The notes under the pieces are model-generated. The model was not told the origin of the DNA. It saw only the letters and a list, made by a program, of their open reading frames with translations, and made no database searches. Positions 1 through 14,426 of a stretch of DNA of 64,000 bases are shown in pieces (the stretch's first letter is position 1; every line of letters starts with the position of its first letter). A program made the translations under genes and the position numbers. The stretch comes from Octopus vulgaris (taxonomy: Eukaryota), in NCBI GenBank assembly GCA_951406725.2, contig OX597817.1, forward strand, positions 40,238,001 through 40,302,000, in the 5' to 3' direction.

Positions 1-100
1 CCACCTTAACATCACAAGTCGCTCACTGTTATTATGATTTCTCTCTCACTTCTTAAACTATTCGCTTCTATACTACTTGCTATTATTCATTTCCTTACAG

Positions 101-163
101 CGACATCAAAGTAATGAAAGCCGAGAAAGAACTACTTTATCTCCATTTGGTAGAATCAGGAAG
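101..163 (+). CDS. Internal coding exon (63 nt) of the nesprin/KASH gene, probable peptide RHQSNESRERTTLSPFGRIRK
   Basis: Acceptor ttccttacAG at 91-100 and donor AAG|GTAAGC at 164. The phase-0 frame is open and joins the next exon in phase. A second frame is also open. Confidence 0.65.
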
Positions 164-800
164 GTAAGCATAATATGATACTTCTTAAATTTGATTTATT
201 TGGTTATTATATTAGTTTTCTTTTTGCTTGAAATAATTTATCTTTTTTTTTATTTTAATGTGATAAAATATAATTCAGGTGAAATTTTATGCAATATTCT
301 TTATACTCTGGGACCAAAATATATTTTTAAAATGTATTCTTGGAATAGCATACCAAATACAGCTTGCCAAAATGCAAGACATCCTTCTATCATGAGACAC
401 TGTCTATTGCAAAGTAGAATGCAATTCAAATTTTTCCCCAAAAAAAAAAACAGAAATTGAAAAAATGGAAAAAAAACATGTATTACAAGATTGGAATCAG
501 ACAAGAAAAAAGATTTCGTAATTGTATGTTATATTATATTTTATATATTTATCTATTTATTTGTCAAGAGATACAAGTTATTATGTAGTATGTTAGAAAT
601 ATGTCTTCAACACACGCATACATGCACACATTGTTCACTATAGTTAGAGGAACTCCATGTGGTATCTCAAATTGTCAAAGTATCAGTTAAAAATCACCTT
701 CTGTAATCTTCCAACTGTTTTTTAAAGAAAATATAATGATCCTTAAGTTTTAGTACACACTGTTATTTGGGTGTACTAGACGTACATTTTTAGAACACCC

Positions 801-854
<54 letters not shown>

Positions 855-1602
855 CATACATAAAACATGATAGCCAGAGCTTCAATAATGATTAAACAAT
901 AGAATTATGCCATCTGCACACTGAACTTCTTTTCAGCTAGCAACATGGAACTCAAATGGGTTACAGTATTTGTGTAAAACATGCTCTACAACAAATGGTT
1001 AAATCAAATGTAATAACATACAATAAAGACAAAAAGAAAACACTGTGACAGCCTGAAAGAGCACACCAATTTCTCTGAAACTTGGTCTCAAAATATGACA
1101 TTTTTATGCTATAACTTCCTGAAATGACATAAAAATGTCTATTCGATACTGTTTAGATATAAAAAAATTTTCTTAGCTTGTGTTGACCAAAAATATCTAA
1201 TAAATTGTACCTAAAGTTTATGCAGTTTGAGCACAGATCTTAAAGCCATCTGTATTATAAAAGTGAATGAATTTGAAGTATAAGGGAAAATAAAAGTTGA
1301 AATAATTAGTTTTTGAGTTATTAGAATCCTGTTTTTGTCACATATCTTTATATAAACCTGAATGAAAAATAAAGATATATAAAAGTTCTCAGACCAAAAA
1401 ATAGTATTGGAACATTTTAGCACATTGAATGAAACATAGGTGTAGTGACTATGCAGAATGATCTTAAAGAAGTTATTTAATTCTATATGGTTAAATCAAA
1501 TAAATTGCAAAGTAGCGAAAAACAAAACAAAAAGGCTATGCTGAACAATAAGAACTCACTGATTTCTCTAAAACCTGATCTCAAATAAGGCCATACATAG
1601 AC

Positions 1603-2362
1603 AACTCTTTTGATACCATCCCACCTGGAATCACTCCTGATTCTATGATACAAACTTCCTATTTTAAAGTTGTCTAAATTAAAACCTTCCAACAAGATGT
1701 CATGGTAATTCTTATTCCAAATACCTGGTTCATAAAGACAAAGTTATTTTATTAGGTTTTACATCAATTTTAAAATAAGGTAAAAGAAAAGCAGTATATT
1801 TCAACAGAAATATGATAAGAGGATAAGCAGCCTACTTTATATAGCAGAGTATCAAAAACTAATTCTCAGCTTGTTTTAACCAAAGTTGTTTATTAAATTG
1901 TAACCAAAACTTGTACAGTTTGAATACAGACATGTAGTTATCTTAAAGATGTCTGTGTCTTAAAACTAAATATCTATTCTATTTTCATACAAGATATCTT
2001 TTTATTAAAATCTAACAACTTCTTGTTACATAATAATAAATTCAGAGTTATTTCCAAAACTCATTCTCACTTTTATCATTTTGAATCTACTGCCATGTAT
2101 ACCAGTAAGGGGAGTTTAAGTATATTTCGAAGACTAACATTTTCAAAGGCAAGATTCTTTCATAATATTTTACAGTTCCCTTAATCGTTTTGCTTCAATT
2201 AATTTTTAAAATAATGGAAAATTTAGTAAAATAACTTTCTCGTTATTAAGCTCAAGTTTGAAACAAATTAATATTAAATTTTGATGCAAGGATTTAATTC
2301 AGATCACTTTAAAACAAGGACTTTGTATCAGGGACAGTTTCAGGAGAGTTAGCATCAAAAAA
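1603..2362. mobile_element. Two older, oppositely oriented family-1-like piggyBac MITE remnants (about 1603-1825 and 2160-2362)
   Basis: Shared segments such as aatttagtaaaataactt..ttattaagct and its complement aagttattttattagg, and tcaacagaaatatg. Confidence 0.5.
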
Positions 2363-3859
2363 CTCAATTCCTGCACAAAAATTAAAAGCTTATTATTAAA
2401 CAAATATGAGATGAAATAATCAATTTTTGTGTAATTAGGGTCCTGTTCTTTTATATACATACATACATACATATATATATATAAACCTGAATGAAAAAAG
2501 CAATAAAATTGTATCAGAATATTTAGATAAGTTTAATGAAACGTAGGTGCAGTCACTATGTGAAATAATTCTATAGAAGTTATTTTAATTCCAAACTTAC
2601 ATCTAACAAAATAAAGTTGCTTTCTGGTAGAAATTTTCAATTACAGTCAGAGTCCTCTTAAGACAGCTGCCTATGACAAGATCTTTGAAAGAATAAAATA
2701 GATTGCAGAACAAAACATTATAAATTTTTTTTTTTAATGTGAAAGTGATGGTGGAAGATAGGTGGGCATACAAGAAATTCTGTAACGGAACTAAGTGATA
2801 TTTTCTCTTTCGTGATTAGTTGAAGATATTTCTTTAGTATTATATCTTTTTTCAAAAATAAATTTGTAAGAACATGTTTCCTTGAATAACGGAATATTTT
2901 CCCCATTTAGTTACTAGAGTGTTTTGGAGTTTTTTTTTTTATAAAACTTTCTAATTTAGAACAGAATCTGTGGATCAAGAAAAATATTTCATTATCTACT
3001 TTACATTTCATGCTTTGTTTTATTTTTTTCAATTCTAAATTGCACTTCTTTCAATAACATTGTTATCTGATATTTAAATCATGTCTTACTCTTAAACTTT
3101 ATGCACTTGAAACATTAGAAATAAGGATTGGAAATAACATTTCTATATATTTCTTTTTAAATAATTTTTGTTAATCTTCTTTACAATTCATTGTTTTGTA
3201 TTAGTAAATAATATTTTTAGCCTTTGTACAAATGTATATGTAAATTTATACAGATATATGTGTGTGTGTGTGCGTGTGTGTGTTATATGTACACACATTC
3301 AGTCATAAATTGTTTTATACATCTTTCTACGATGTAATCAGAGGATAAAGTGCAGAACCCAGTAGCTCTATTACAAGGTCTTACTATCTACATTTTACTT
3401 CCACTTTCTGTGCCAGCATGGGTAGGATGAATCATTGTGATTTGAATCAAATCTTCAAAGAAGCTACTGGTGCTCCTAAGCTTTTTGAAAGCTTACACCT
3501 TGTGCATTTTGTGTCTGCAGTGTTTTCTATGTTGTTCAACCAAATTATTCATGTGACCTGAACTAAACAATAGAAGACCAAATATTCTCACCTAGAAGCT
3601 ATTTTGATATTTCTATTTAGTTTTCTTCACTCTGACTCTGTATGTATGAGGACGTGGCTACTTTCCACAACCATGAAGCATTAAGTATTGTGGGAATGAA
3701 TCAATTTATCAATACACACACACACATACTCACACATTTACATACACACACTCATCATATGGCTATAGTAGAAGACACTTGCCCAAGGTGCCACACATGT
3801 AGTTGGTAAGCAAGCTACTTACCACACAGCCACTCCTGCACCTATAATAATAATAATAA

Positions 3860-4305
3860 TCCTTTCTACTTGAGGCACAAGGCCTCAAATTTGGAAGGAA
3901 GGGATTAAGTCCGCTACATCAACCCCAGTTTGTAACTGGTACTAATTTTATCGACCACAAAAGGATGAAAGGTAAGGTCAACCCCAGCGGAATTCGAACT
4001 CAAAACCTAATGGCAGATGAAATACCACTAAGCATTTTGCCCAACGTGCTAACGATTCTGCCAGATCGCTGCCTTAATAATAATAATAGTAATAATTTAT
4101 TTCTTTATTGCCCACAGGAGGCTAAACATAGAGGGGACAAACAAGGGATTAAGTCAATTACATCGACCCCAGTGCCTAACTGGTACTTAATTTATCGACC
4201 TTGAAAGGATGAAAGGCAAAGTCGACCTTGGCGGAATTTGAACTCAGGACGTAACAGGAGACGAAATGCTGCTAAGCATTTCGCCTGACATGCTAGCTTG
4301 CCACC

Positions 4306-4343
<38 letters not shown>

Positions 4344-4735
4344 GAGGATTATTTGAAGACTGACATAACTCTCCATGAAGGTAAATACACGATAAGAAGA
4401 GCAAGATAATAAATAGAGGTTGGCTGTGTTTATTGCATTGAACAATATTTCAACAGTATGTCTATCTTCCTCAGGTTCATTTTTCATTTTGAATTCAAGG
4501 AAGACAGACATTTCTGTCAAAATATTTAATAAACAGAATCCATCTCTATTTATTACAAATTGTATTGTGCTCTTCTCATTGCGTAATAATAATAATTCTT
4601 TCTGATTTTGACACAAGGTCAGAAATTTTGAAGAAAGGGAGTAAGTCAATTACAGTGATCCTCAATATTCAGCTGGTATTTATTTTATTGGCCTTGGAAG
4701 TTGACATTGGCAAAATTTGAGCTCATTACATAAAG
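3860..4735 (-). mobile_element. Cluster of three antisense SINE family B copies separated by (TAA)n (about 3860-4075, 4100-4305, 4595-4735)
   Basis: Reverse complement of ggcgagctggcagaa...gttctgagttcaaattccgccgaggtcgactttgcctttcatcctttcggggtcgataaattaagtacc. Confidence 0.8.
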
Positions 4736-6408
4736 AGCCACAGTGGCCTACCAATGTATACTGTACGTTTCTCTGCCCTGAGTGTCAGGAAGACACTTGG
4801 CAAGAAATGGAAACAGAATTGAAAGAAGATGATAATGAAAATAATGATAATAATTATGCCTTGATGTAGTTCCAGGCAGTGGGTCATATGGCTTCTGATC
4901 TTAACTGATTGGAAGTGTTATTATGTACATGTTTTAGTCTTGATGTAAAAGATGAGCTACAGTCTACAGTAAATATTCTGCCCAATACTATAAATTTGCT
5001 TGTCAGCTGCTTGACCTTAACCACTTGAGCATGTCCCTTAGTGGCTGATGATATGTGCAACTCTGATCATGAGCAGGAGTGTGGGAACATCATAGCCGTG
5101 TGGTGAGAGGAAATCTTTGGTGTTTGAATAATTCACCACTGGAAACATGGGTGTTCCATTCATATCATCCTTAAACAACTTTTAATCAGGGACTGTTTGA
5201 ATGGGATGGGATACTCAACCTGAAGAAAATTCTAACTGAGCCCCCACCTGCAAAGTCATGCACTGTTTATCTTGATATGAGGTCGCCATGTTGTGCACAT
5301 ATGGTTGGGCTGTACATGCTTGGTGTACCTTATATATATATTATGTGTGTTTGTGTTTGTTCCCCACCACCACCACTTGATAACCGATGTTGATTAGATG
5401 TTTGGCAAAAGAGTCCAAGAGAATATGTCCCAGGCTTTAAAAAGTAAGTACTGGGGTTGATTCATTTGATTAAAATTCTTCAAGGTGATGCCCCAGCATG
5501 GCCATAGGCTATTCACTGAAACAAGTAAAAGATAAAAGATAAAGATTTATATGTATTAAATGCTACATTTAATATCTGAACAGTTCAGTTGAGGCTGTAA
5601 ATTTACTAGGCCTAAGGAAATAGATGGCTTCTTATGTAATGCATGTGTGTATGTACAAATGCGTATGTGTGTATACACAGTCATACACACATACTGAAAA
5701 GTACATACACGGATACACACCCATGCACACACAGACAGAAACAGTCACATAGAAACACACATACATTTTTATTGTTTGGATGAAATAGTTGACACGGCAC
5801 ATTTGCAAAGAATTCTTCAATATTCCAACATAGAACCTCTGAAACCTAACTACAGTCAAAGGAAATCCTGAAGGAAATTAAAATTCTTTATTGCCTGAAT
5901 GTATTACAAGCAAATTCAAAGACCAGATCTTTGGCAATGCAAAAGTATTAACACAAACACATGTCTGCATGCATCCACACACAAAGTTTTCTTTTTTTTT
6001 TTTTTAGAATTCCTATTAGCACTGTTGTATCATCAAAGGCTGGGTGTTTGGATTTGCTAGTTCTGCATTCTTGATAATAATACCTGCTAACTCCATCTTG
6101 GCCTTCCTTTAAGTGCGGTTAGGCGTCATTGGGTAAAAAATAAATTTTTCACCAAATGAAGAGAATATATTGCAGCTGAGATTCCAGTCCCTCAAACCAG
6201 ATGACAAAACTTTAATTTGCACAAACATTTAAACCAGAACCATTGTTTAATCCAATAAATTATATTTTGCTGGACCCACAGTTATGGATTAAACATACTA
6301 AAACTCAGACTTCTGACTTTGAATTCTTTATTCTAAGTCACCTGACCATGCCCCAGGAACTTTCCACTCCCAAGTGAGAATTTCATAGGGACTTGATCAG
6401 GCCTCTTT

Positions 6409-6454
<46 letters not shown>

Positions 6455-8019
6455 ATGTATGTATATATGTATGTATGTATATATGTATATGTATGTATAT
6501 ATGTATGTATATATGTATATGTATGTATATATATATGTATGTATGTATATATATGTATGTATGTATATATGTATATGTATGTATATATATGTATGTATGT
6601 ATATATATGTATATAGTCACTCTATGACTGGACATTTAACATCTGGTGCAGCCAAGTGGTTCGCCTGTCCTCAGTCAACTCGTCCAACCCATGCTAGCAT
6701 GGAAAGCGGACGCTAAATGATGATGATATATGTATGTATATCTTTATATGCATATATATATATATATGCATATATTCATATATGAATTAGAAGCGGCTAA
6801 AGATATATAAACAAAAAAGGTATGTGTGTTGTTAGTTTGTGGGTTGGCTGCTGTTTTTAAGTGTAAGAGAATATATTCTCTTTGCACCTTAAAAACACCT
6901 GAAAGTAAGTCACAATCCATCACGACAACTCCCATTAGGTCTTTTCTCAGAGTAACAAACCTGAATGTTTCTTCATTGTTTTGACTTATCAAAGCTGCAT
7001 ACCGAACAAGGCTTGCTGCAGGTCATATCATCTACTGTGACTATATGCTAAATGGCTTGCAGTAGGCCTTCTTGACACCAATGACTTTATGAGAGTACTG
7101 TATACATTTCATGGCACCTGCACTACAGAGGTTTCCTTGCCATCAGTAAGACTAAACAACTCTCTCAAGCCTTGTGTTGTTACTGCTTGAATCAATTACT
7201 TACAGAGTATAATAAATGCTTTCTGTGGCACCAGCACTGTTGGGTCACTTTGCTGCTTGCAAAGCAAAAGCAAACACCCCATGATAGAAGGAACATTTTT
7301 GTATATGTGCATGTATACATTTGTATGCACTCATATTTTTATGTCCATTTGCTATGGCCAGTTTGAATATCCATTAAATCCAAATCATTAAATAATCAAC
7401 ATATTTATTAACAAAAGCATTTAACCTCAAGTTAATTGAAAGATTACAATTTCCAATGCAATTGGCAATAAGTTGTACAACTGACCCTTCTAACCTGTAC
7501 ATAGATGAAAAAATAGATATTAAAGTATTGTTGGTTATGATGACATATACATACATGTATACCAGATACAGATAGCAATGGAGTCAGATATATATATACA
7601 CAAGCACACACATACACACACACACATATACACACACATACATATATTAGAACTAACTTATTTCTATGTTGTTTTATGCCACTTTATAATTTCCTGAATT
7701 CAGTTTCTGAATAAGAAACCATTAGATATAATAAGATTCACATGGAAGTAACAAAAGGGTTTAGTTTGCAATTTTTATTTATTCGTCTTTGTTCTCTTTC
7801 TGACAAGTCAAAGCTGAAGAAATTCTCAAGTCAGGTGAATAAAATGATGGGCTTCCATCCAAATCCTCGTGGATTCTTACTACTTTTCCACTTGAATTTG
7901 CAGTTATTATGGCTGATAGACCAACTTGTAAAAGTCAATGTTTTCATAATCTACCCTTCTTATACATTAGAAAAGCATTTAAGGTTCTTCCAATATTTAT
8001 GAATTCTGTTCTTAAATTA

Positions 8020-8600
8020 CTAGGTAGTCTTTGACTCAACAACCTCCCTTGGTAATTGATTCCAATTTACATTGATGCCATTTTAGAAGGTTTGCCATCA
8101 AACTATCTTCAACCATCGCATCTTAAATAACATTTAATTTATATGAATGACTTTTCGTTGACAGCTGACTGAATGCTGAGATATTGTTCTAAGAGGTTTA
8201 GTTTCCTACATCAATATTTTATAAGCATATATCATATTTCTTTTCTTTATCTGTCAAGCTTTGAAGGCAAATCAAGTGCTTCATGCAGCCAGTTGTGTAA
8301 AGCTACACTGGATCAATAGCTTTCTCTTGTGTAATTTATACAAGAATCTGGTTCTTGATGTAGTGTAGTCCCCAGATGATGCTGCCATATTCAAAATATT
8401 GGTATTATGCTGTATCACTGGACAAAAGATTTAACTCTTCCAATACCCATCTTACAGAGGTATATATCCATCTGAAAAGACAACAATAATCCATATGACT
8501 TGGTCGTTATCTTTAGTTTTTTTAATCATTAGCCCTAGACGAAAGATTCATTTCTCTTGAATATGGTGTCAGTCTATTACAGGCAGCATCTCCTACAGGA
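8020..8600 (-). mobile_element. CR1/L2-type LINE fossil (RT C-terminal region)
   Basis: Minus-strand FEYGSIIWGLHYIKNQIL (about 8400-8342) and VNWNQLPREVVESKT (about 8070-8026) match the LEYxSxxW and WNxLP motifs. Confidence 0.6.
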
Positions 8601-8959
8601 AGAATTAGACTTTTTTACAGTAATCTTACAAAATCACTCACCAAATAAGTTATGATGCTGCTACTGCTTGAAACAAGAAATTGTTCCTATACACCAGTGT
8701 TTTGTTACAGCTAGGTGAACCAGGCCAATTAAGATTTAAGTATCAACCTTATAGCCGTGGAGACAATACAATACAACAGACAGGATAGAAACTACCCACT
8801 TCTCATCTGACTGCTCACTATTTAATCAATCCACTCTAGATTAATATATCTTAATGGCTTTGTTATATGAGGAATGGCAGAACCCACAATGCTTTTTAGG
8901 GATTCTGAGATTGGTAGGAGGAGGAAAAGAAATATTCTTGGACTAATGACTTGATTTAA

Positions 8960-9177
8960 CCCTTTAGCATTTAAACCATCTATATCTGGCCTATATATTC
9001 TACTTGTTTTATGATCAAAGCCAACCAGATTTCAGCTCTCACACCAACCCTACAATGTCATTCTAAAAATAAACAATCACATCATTGAAATCTCAAAGCT
9101 GCAAGATAATGCATCGTTAATTCAAGACATGAATTAATAAGCAGTTCACTTGACTGAATAAACTGAATGCTAAAGAG
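8960..9177. mobile_element. piggyBac-type non-autonomous element, family 2 (other copies at about 24975-25147 and 25240-25470)
   Basis: TTAA|ccctttagcatt...aatgctaaagag|TTAA. Internal sequence shared with the two copies near 25 kb. Confidence 0.75.
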
Positions 9178-10173
9178 TTAATTACTTGCAACAGAGTAGA
9201 CTGCACTAAAAGCACCCAAGAACCAGGTGGTTGTTTTAAACTAGTTGGCAAATTAAATCTACCAACCAAGAAGACCAATATTCTATCTCTACTTATTTCT
9301 GATTGCTTACACCATTTATAGATTCTGTTATTATATAACATGTATAAGCATCATATGTAAATATATGATTCTTGTTTTATATATTTATTAAGTTTAACGT
9401 AATGTATCACTGCATCATTGATATAGCATGGCTTAATAAATAAATATTTTAAAATGCAAAATTCAAATCTTCTAAAATTTTAGATTGCTTCAGTCACATT
9501 CTACCAATTTAGAAATATAAGAGGTACAGCAGAAAGATTTTTCTTCTGCTATGGAAATTTTATAAGGATAATTTTTGTTTATTTTTCATTTCTACATATT
9601 CATAATAATGACTGTTTATTTATAATGAGTTTATTCGAATTTTGAAAGCTTACATAAGTTTCAGATGGAAAAATTTTAAGTGGTATCTGTGAAAATTTTC
9701 TTAATTTCCCTTTCACATGCTAAGAAGAAGTATTTTAAACACCTGAATGATTTAAAAGTTACCATATATTTCACAAACTTTTCATCCGCTGTTACTTCAT
9801 AACAACTAATTCTTATATAATGAATGTATGTTGACAATTATAAATGTTCCTCTTCATAAATGTGTATATATAAACATAAAAATGTAGTAATTGATAGCTA
9901 ATGGTCAATCTAACTCAAAAGGAAGTATCTTGAAGTTATCTTTTTTCCCTAAAACAGTAAAGTGTGTGTATATATGATAGACTCTCCTGTCAGTTTCGAT
10001 GTATGAGGATCTTACAACCTACATTTTCTTTGTCAATCATAATGCTTACTAGCAGTATAACCCAACTTTGCCCAGGATTAAGTTAGGATTATTAAGCTAA
10101 TCAAGTTCTTTATTTCAAACCAAACCAAACTAACATCGACGTCAAATTTGGGTGAAATCCATTGAAATTGGTT

Positions 10174-10232
<59 letters not shown>

Positions 10233-10689
10233 GCGGCACACATACACACACATATGTATGTACACCTATTGCATACATGTTTTTTGTACGCATACATGTT
10301 CTTGAGTGCGTGTGTGTTGCCCATATTTCAACAAAACACTTTTTTTCTCGATGGAAAAAAAACAACAAAATCTTAACATAAACTTACTCATAGCTAGAAG
10401 GGAACTTAACTTCTGTTTGCAAACAATGGTGATTTCTCCAACTTGGAAATTGTTTTTTTCCATTGAGGAAAGAAGTTTCCATTGAGGAAAAAAGTTTTGG
10501 TTGAAAATTTATTTTTACTGCTATTCACTGGTGCCTCTGGGAAAAATAAGTTGACGAAAATACAGCTAGGGTCATGACGAATGTCCTCCTAAAATTGGAG
10601 TGACATGCATGATAATTTGTGGACATGCATAAATTACATTCACGCACACACACACATACACACACATCTTACCATTTATATATACAGAT

Positions 10690-11000
10690 GTTCAATGTGA
10701 CATCTGAGTCCCTCCAATGATTTTCAAAGCTCACAGATGTTGCAAGAATGAGGATTATAGGTCAGTGCAGGCAGTATATTTCACAGATGCTTTTCTCCTT
10801 TGCCTTGCGCTCTGAAGTTTGTTAATGCTGGTTTAAACAAAGTCTCTTATACCATTTTGTCACAATTATTTCCATTTTGTTTGCCCCCAAGGATGTTTGC
10901 TCAAAGGTGTTGTGGACTATATTAACTGCTGAGAGATTACACTTCAGCTTGTCCTTATATCTGACAATGCACACACATGTATTGGAAAGCCTGTAAACAG
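10690..11000 (-). mobile_element. Degenerate RTE-clade LINE ORF 3' end with C2H2-like finger
   Basis: Minus-strand translation gives RYKDKLKCNL...FEQ, then SARQRRK and CNIC...KSLEGLRCH, resembling RTE C-termini. Frameshifted. Confidence 0.55.
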
Positions 11001-11486
11001 TGAAAGTGCATAACACAGTACAAAAATTTCTTCCAAAATATTCATATCATTCTGTATTTTTATATAATTAATAATTTATAATTTAAGAAAATCATACTTG
11101 GCAACAGAATGCGTGTATTATTTATAATGTTGTAAATACAATCTCAGCCAATTTATTTTACTGAATGGTTTCATGATGAAAAACTTTTCAAAAGTAGAAA
11201 GGAAAATCAATAGTCATCAAACATGGCTGAGCCAATGATTGTTGATTTACCTCACCCAATTTTGTAAGAGTTTTCGGCATGTAACTATTTGGTAACATTA
11301 GTTATTATGAGACTATATTTATGATATCATTATACATATATATACACACACACACATGCACACATGCATACTTACATTTGGTTTAGAAAGAAGAAAAGGC
11401 TCAATACATAGTTTATCTGTTTTCATTTGAAGATGAGAATTTCTTTCGGTGTTACTCAGATTTTGGTACTTTCTTACGTGTCAAAA

Positions 11487-11535
<49 letters not shown>

Positions 11536-11984
11536 CTATCTGAGTTGGAAATTTAAAAAACTGAGAAACAGTGAAAAGAAAGATCTCAGTTTCAAATATA
11601 AGATATATGTGGTGATGATGATAATATCAGTTTATTCAGGAATAGATTTTTACACTACCCATACATTATTATTTGTATGGAGTACATTCTTTTTCCTCTT
11701 TTTGTAAATCCAAATGTATGTATGCTTGTATGCATATGTGTATAAGTAGGTAGACTAAGATACTCAACTGTCGATTTTTCCATCTTGGACTTCATAGAAT
11801 GATCCTGTAGAAAGCTCCTCCAACGGTGATTTTGACACCAACTTTACATATCACTGAGTATGATAATAGTAATAATTGCAAACTAATCTTTTGTCGCTGA
11901 CCATGTTGTAGATCATTTATTAAGGTCTTTATTAATCTTAACTTGGCTATTTGTTTATCATTTATGTACTAAAGTCTTTCTTAA

Positions 11985-12204
11985 CCCTTTCGTTACCATA
12001 TTTCTGTTGAGATGCTCTGTGTTTCTTTCAATTATTTTAAATATAACAAAGAATTTACTAAAATAATTTAGTTATCATTAAGCTAGTGTTGGGAACATAA
12101 ATTGGGACTAAGGTTTGGAGGAAGATATTAATTCAAAATTTATGAAAAAAAGACATTTGTACTACAGAGCCAAGCCGGTTTCAGCCGGGTTGGTAATGAA
12201 AGGG
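11985..12204. mobile_element. piggyBac-type non-autonomous element (220 bp), family 1
   Basis: TTAA|ccctttcgttacca ... tggtaatgaaaggg|TTAA: 14-bp TIR and TTAA TSD. Confidence 0.88.
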
Positions 12205-12709
12205 TTAATCTGAAGTGAACAATTTAATACTTTCCATTTTTTTCAGGTTCCTTTAACAATATATTTATGTATATTTTATTGTTTTCTTTACATCATGATT
12301 TATATTTATATTGTTAAACTTGTTGTTGTGTTTTGGGCTTTGGTGAGTTATGTTGTGTATACTGTAAGCTCCAAGCAAACTGAATTGCAGACACAGTTTC
12401 AGATTATTCCAAGTTGTGTCTTTTACTCTTCCTTTTACATTAATAAATACCCTTGCATAAAAAAAGTATTATGAATATCACAACTCACTCCCAATAAAGC
12501 TTCAAAACAGCCAATCACATGTTAAATGATATAACTAATTATGAATACTCAACCAATGAACTTTATTTGTTAAATATGATAAATTAATATTTAATGCAAC
12601 TATATATTTCTTTTAAATTTTACTATTTATTATTTTTGCTTTGTTTTATGTTCTGTTGTGTTTTGTTGTCAATCATGTTACAAACTTTTATTAATGTTGC
12701 TTTCTTCAG

Positions 12710-12789
12710 TTCTTTTTCGGACCGGTCTCTGGATCAAGTTCAGTTAGCCCTTCTCCCAACAGGAAAGAGCAGCTTTCTGACACCGACAC
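12710..12789 (+). CDS. Internal coding exon (80 nt) of the nesprin/KASH gene, FFFGPVSGSSSVSPSPNRKEQLSDTD(T)
   Basis: Acceptor tgctttcttcAG and donor AC|GTAAAT. Starts phase 0 and ends phase 2; AC plus the first T of the terminal exon gives ACT in the KASH frame. The exon is GC/CpG-richer than its flanks. Confidence 0.65.
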
Positions 12790-13097
12790 GTAAATTTTGT
12801 TTTTTATTTAGCATGCAAAACTGTCACTCCTCTAAAACAACCTTTCATGCATTATACATATATGTATGTATGCATGTATGTGCCTATATAATCTCACATG
12901 ACTAAGCATAATATTTTTTAATATCAAAACTATAATACACGTAATTAATACATTTAAATGCATGCATCCATATATATATATATATATATATTTATATATG
13001 TGTATGTATAATATGATATAAGATATATATATATGCATATATTACATATGTATACATACATATATATATGTACACACATATATGTGTATATAATATG

Positions 13098-13143
<46 letters not shown>

Positions 13144-14033
13144 ATGTACATTTATAAGCATATGAATGTATTTAATTTAATATGTACTAGTATTAACTAT
13201 CACCTTATCAAATTAACTCTCTGAATCTGCAATATATTCCAGAATGGTACCTATATTCTTGCACATTTCTTCAACACACTTTATACTTATATTCTAGATT
13301 ACTCTTTCCGGTTAGTTTTCAAATTCCGCATTAATTTCAACTAAATGTCATAATAACTTACTATTAATAAAAAAAAAAAGAAAAATTGGGGAATTTATCA
13401 CCACATGACTACTACTGCTACTACTACTACTGCTACTACCACTACTACTACTACTACCACGTCTCTTCAAGTATATAATATATCTATAGCTGTAAACATA
13501 TTAAATCTTTGTAATCAGCATAGATGTTACGTTTTTATCTACCACCTTCTATAGCATTTTAATATCTAAAAACTACACACACACACACACACACACAAAA
13601 CGTCTCTCTTCATAAATTTTTACTTTGCTATGTGTGGAATCTGTATTCACTTCTCTCTTTTTCTTCTCTATACTTTTGCTTGTCCCTCCATCATACTTTA
13701 GCCTTTTAACACCTGGTATACAGCCACCCACCTCAATGTTGTCCTCCCAAATACTTCCTTTTAGTAGCAGGAGCCTTTTGTTTTTTTCTTTTCCTTTTTC
13801 TCCATTCTTCTTCTGTTTTGTAACTTACATGGCAACCTCACGAGTGCCAGTTCCCTAACGAACCATCCTATCCATATCAGGATGGAACAAGGACCTTGAA
13901 TAATGATGGTGCTTTATTGTTCACCCTAAATATTATGTGCTTGTGTTTGTGTGTCTATCTGTATGCATATATACACACACGTGCGCACATACACATGCAC
14001 ACACATTCTTTATAATAACAGCTTATACAAATA

Positions 14034-14426
14034 GGTGCAGGAGTAGCTGTGTGGTAAGTAGCTTGCTTACCAACCACATTGTTCCGGGTTCAGTCCCACT
14101 GTGTGGCACCTTGGGCAAGTGTCTTCTTCTATAGCCTCGGGCCGACCAAAGCCTTGGGAGTGGATTTGGTAGATGGAAACTGAAAGAAGTCCATCGTATA
14201 TATGTACATGTGTGTGTGTGTGTGTTTGTATGTCTGTGTTTGTCCCCCCAACATCGCTTGACAACCAATGGTAGTGTGTTTACATCCCCGTAACTTAGCA
14301 GTTCAGCAAAAGAGACATTTAGAATAAGTACTAGGCTTACAAAGAATAAGTCCTGGGGTCGATTTGCTCGACTAAAGGCGGTGCTCCAGCATGGCTGCAG
14401 TCAAATGACTGAAACAAGTAAAAGAG
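14034..14426 (+). mobile_element. tRNA-derived SINE family A, full length
   Basis: A/B-box head (tagctgtgtggtaag...gggttcagtcc), cttgggcaagtgtctt core, internal (TG)n and gaaacaagtaaaagag tail. Many copies in the window. Confidence 0.88.

Noticed and set aside
4860-5330. GC-richer stretch as an exon
   Set aside because: No open frame with splice sites. It looks like an unclassified interspersed repeat that I cannot assign.
12594-12905. 103-aa ORF as a gene
   Set aside because: It overlaps the supported exon in a different frame, and its flanks are low-complexity intron.
14034-14110. SINE heads as functional tRNA genes
   Set aside because: A/B boxes are present, but there is no complete cloverleaf and they continue into SINE bodies.
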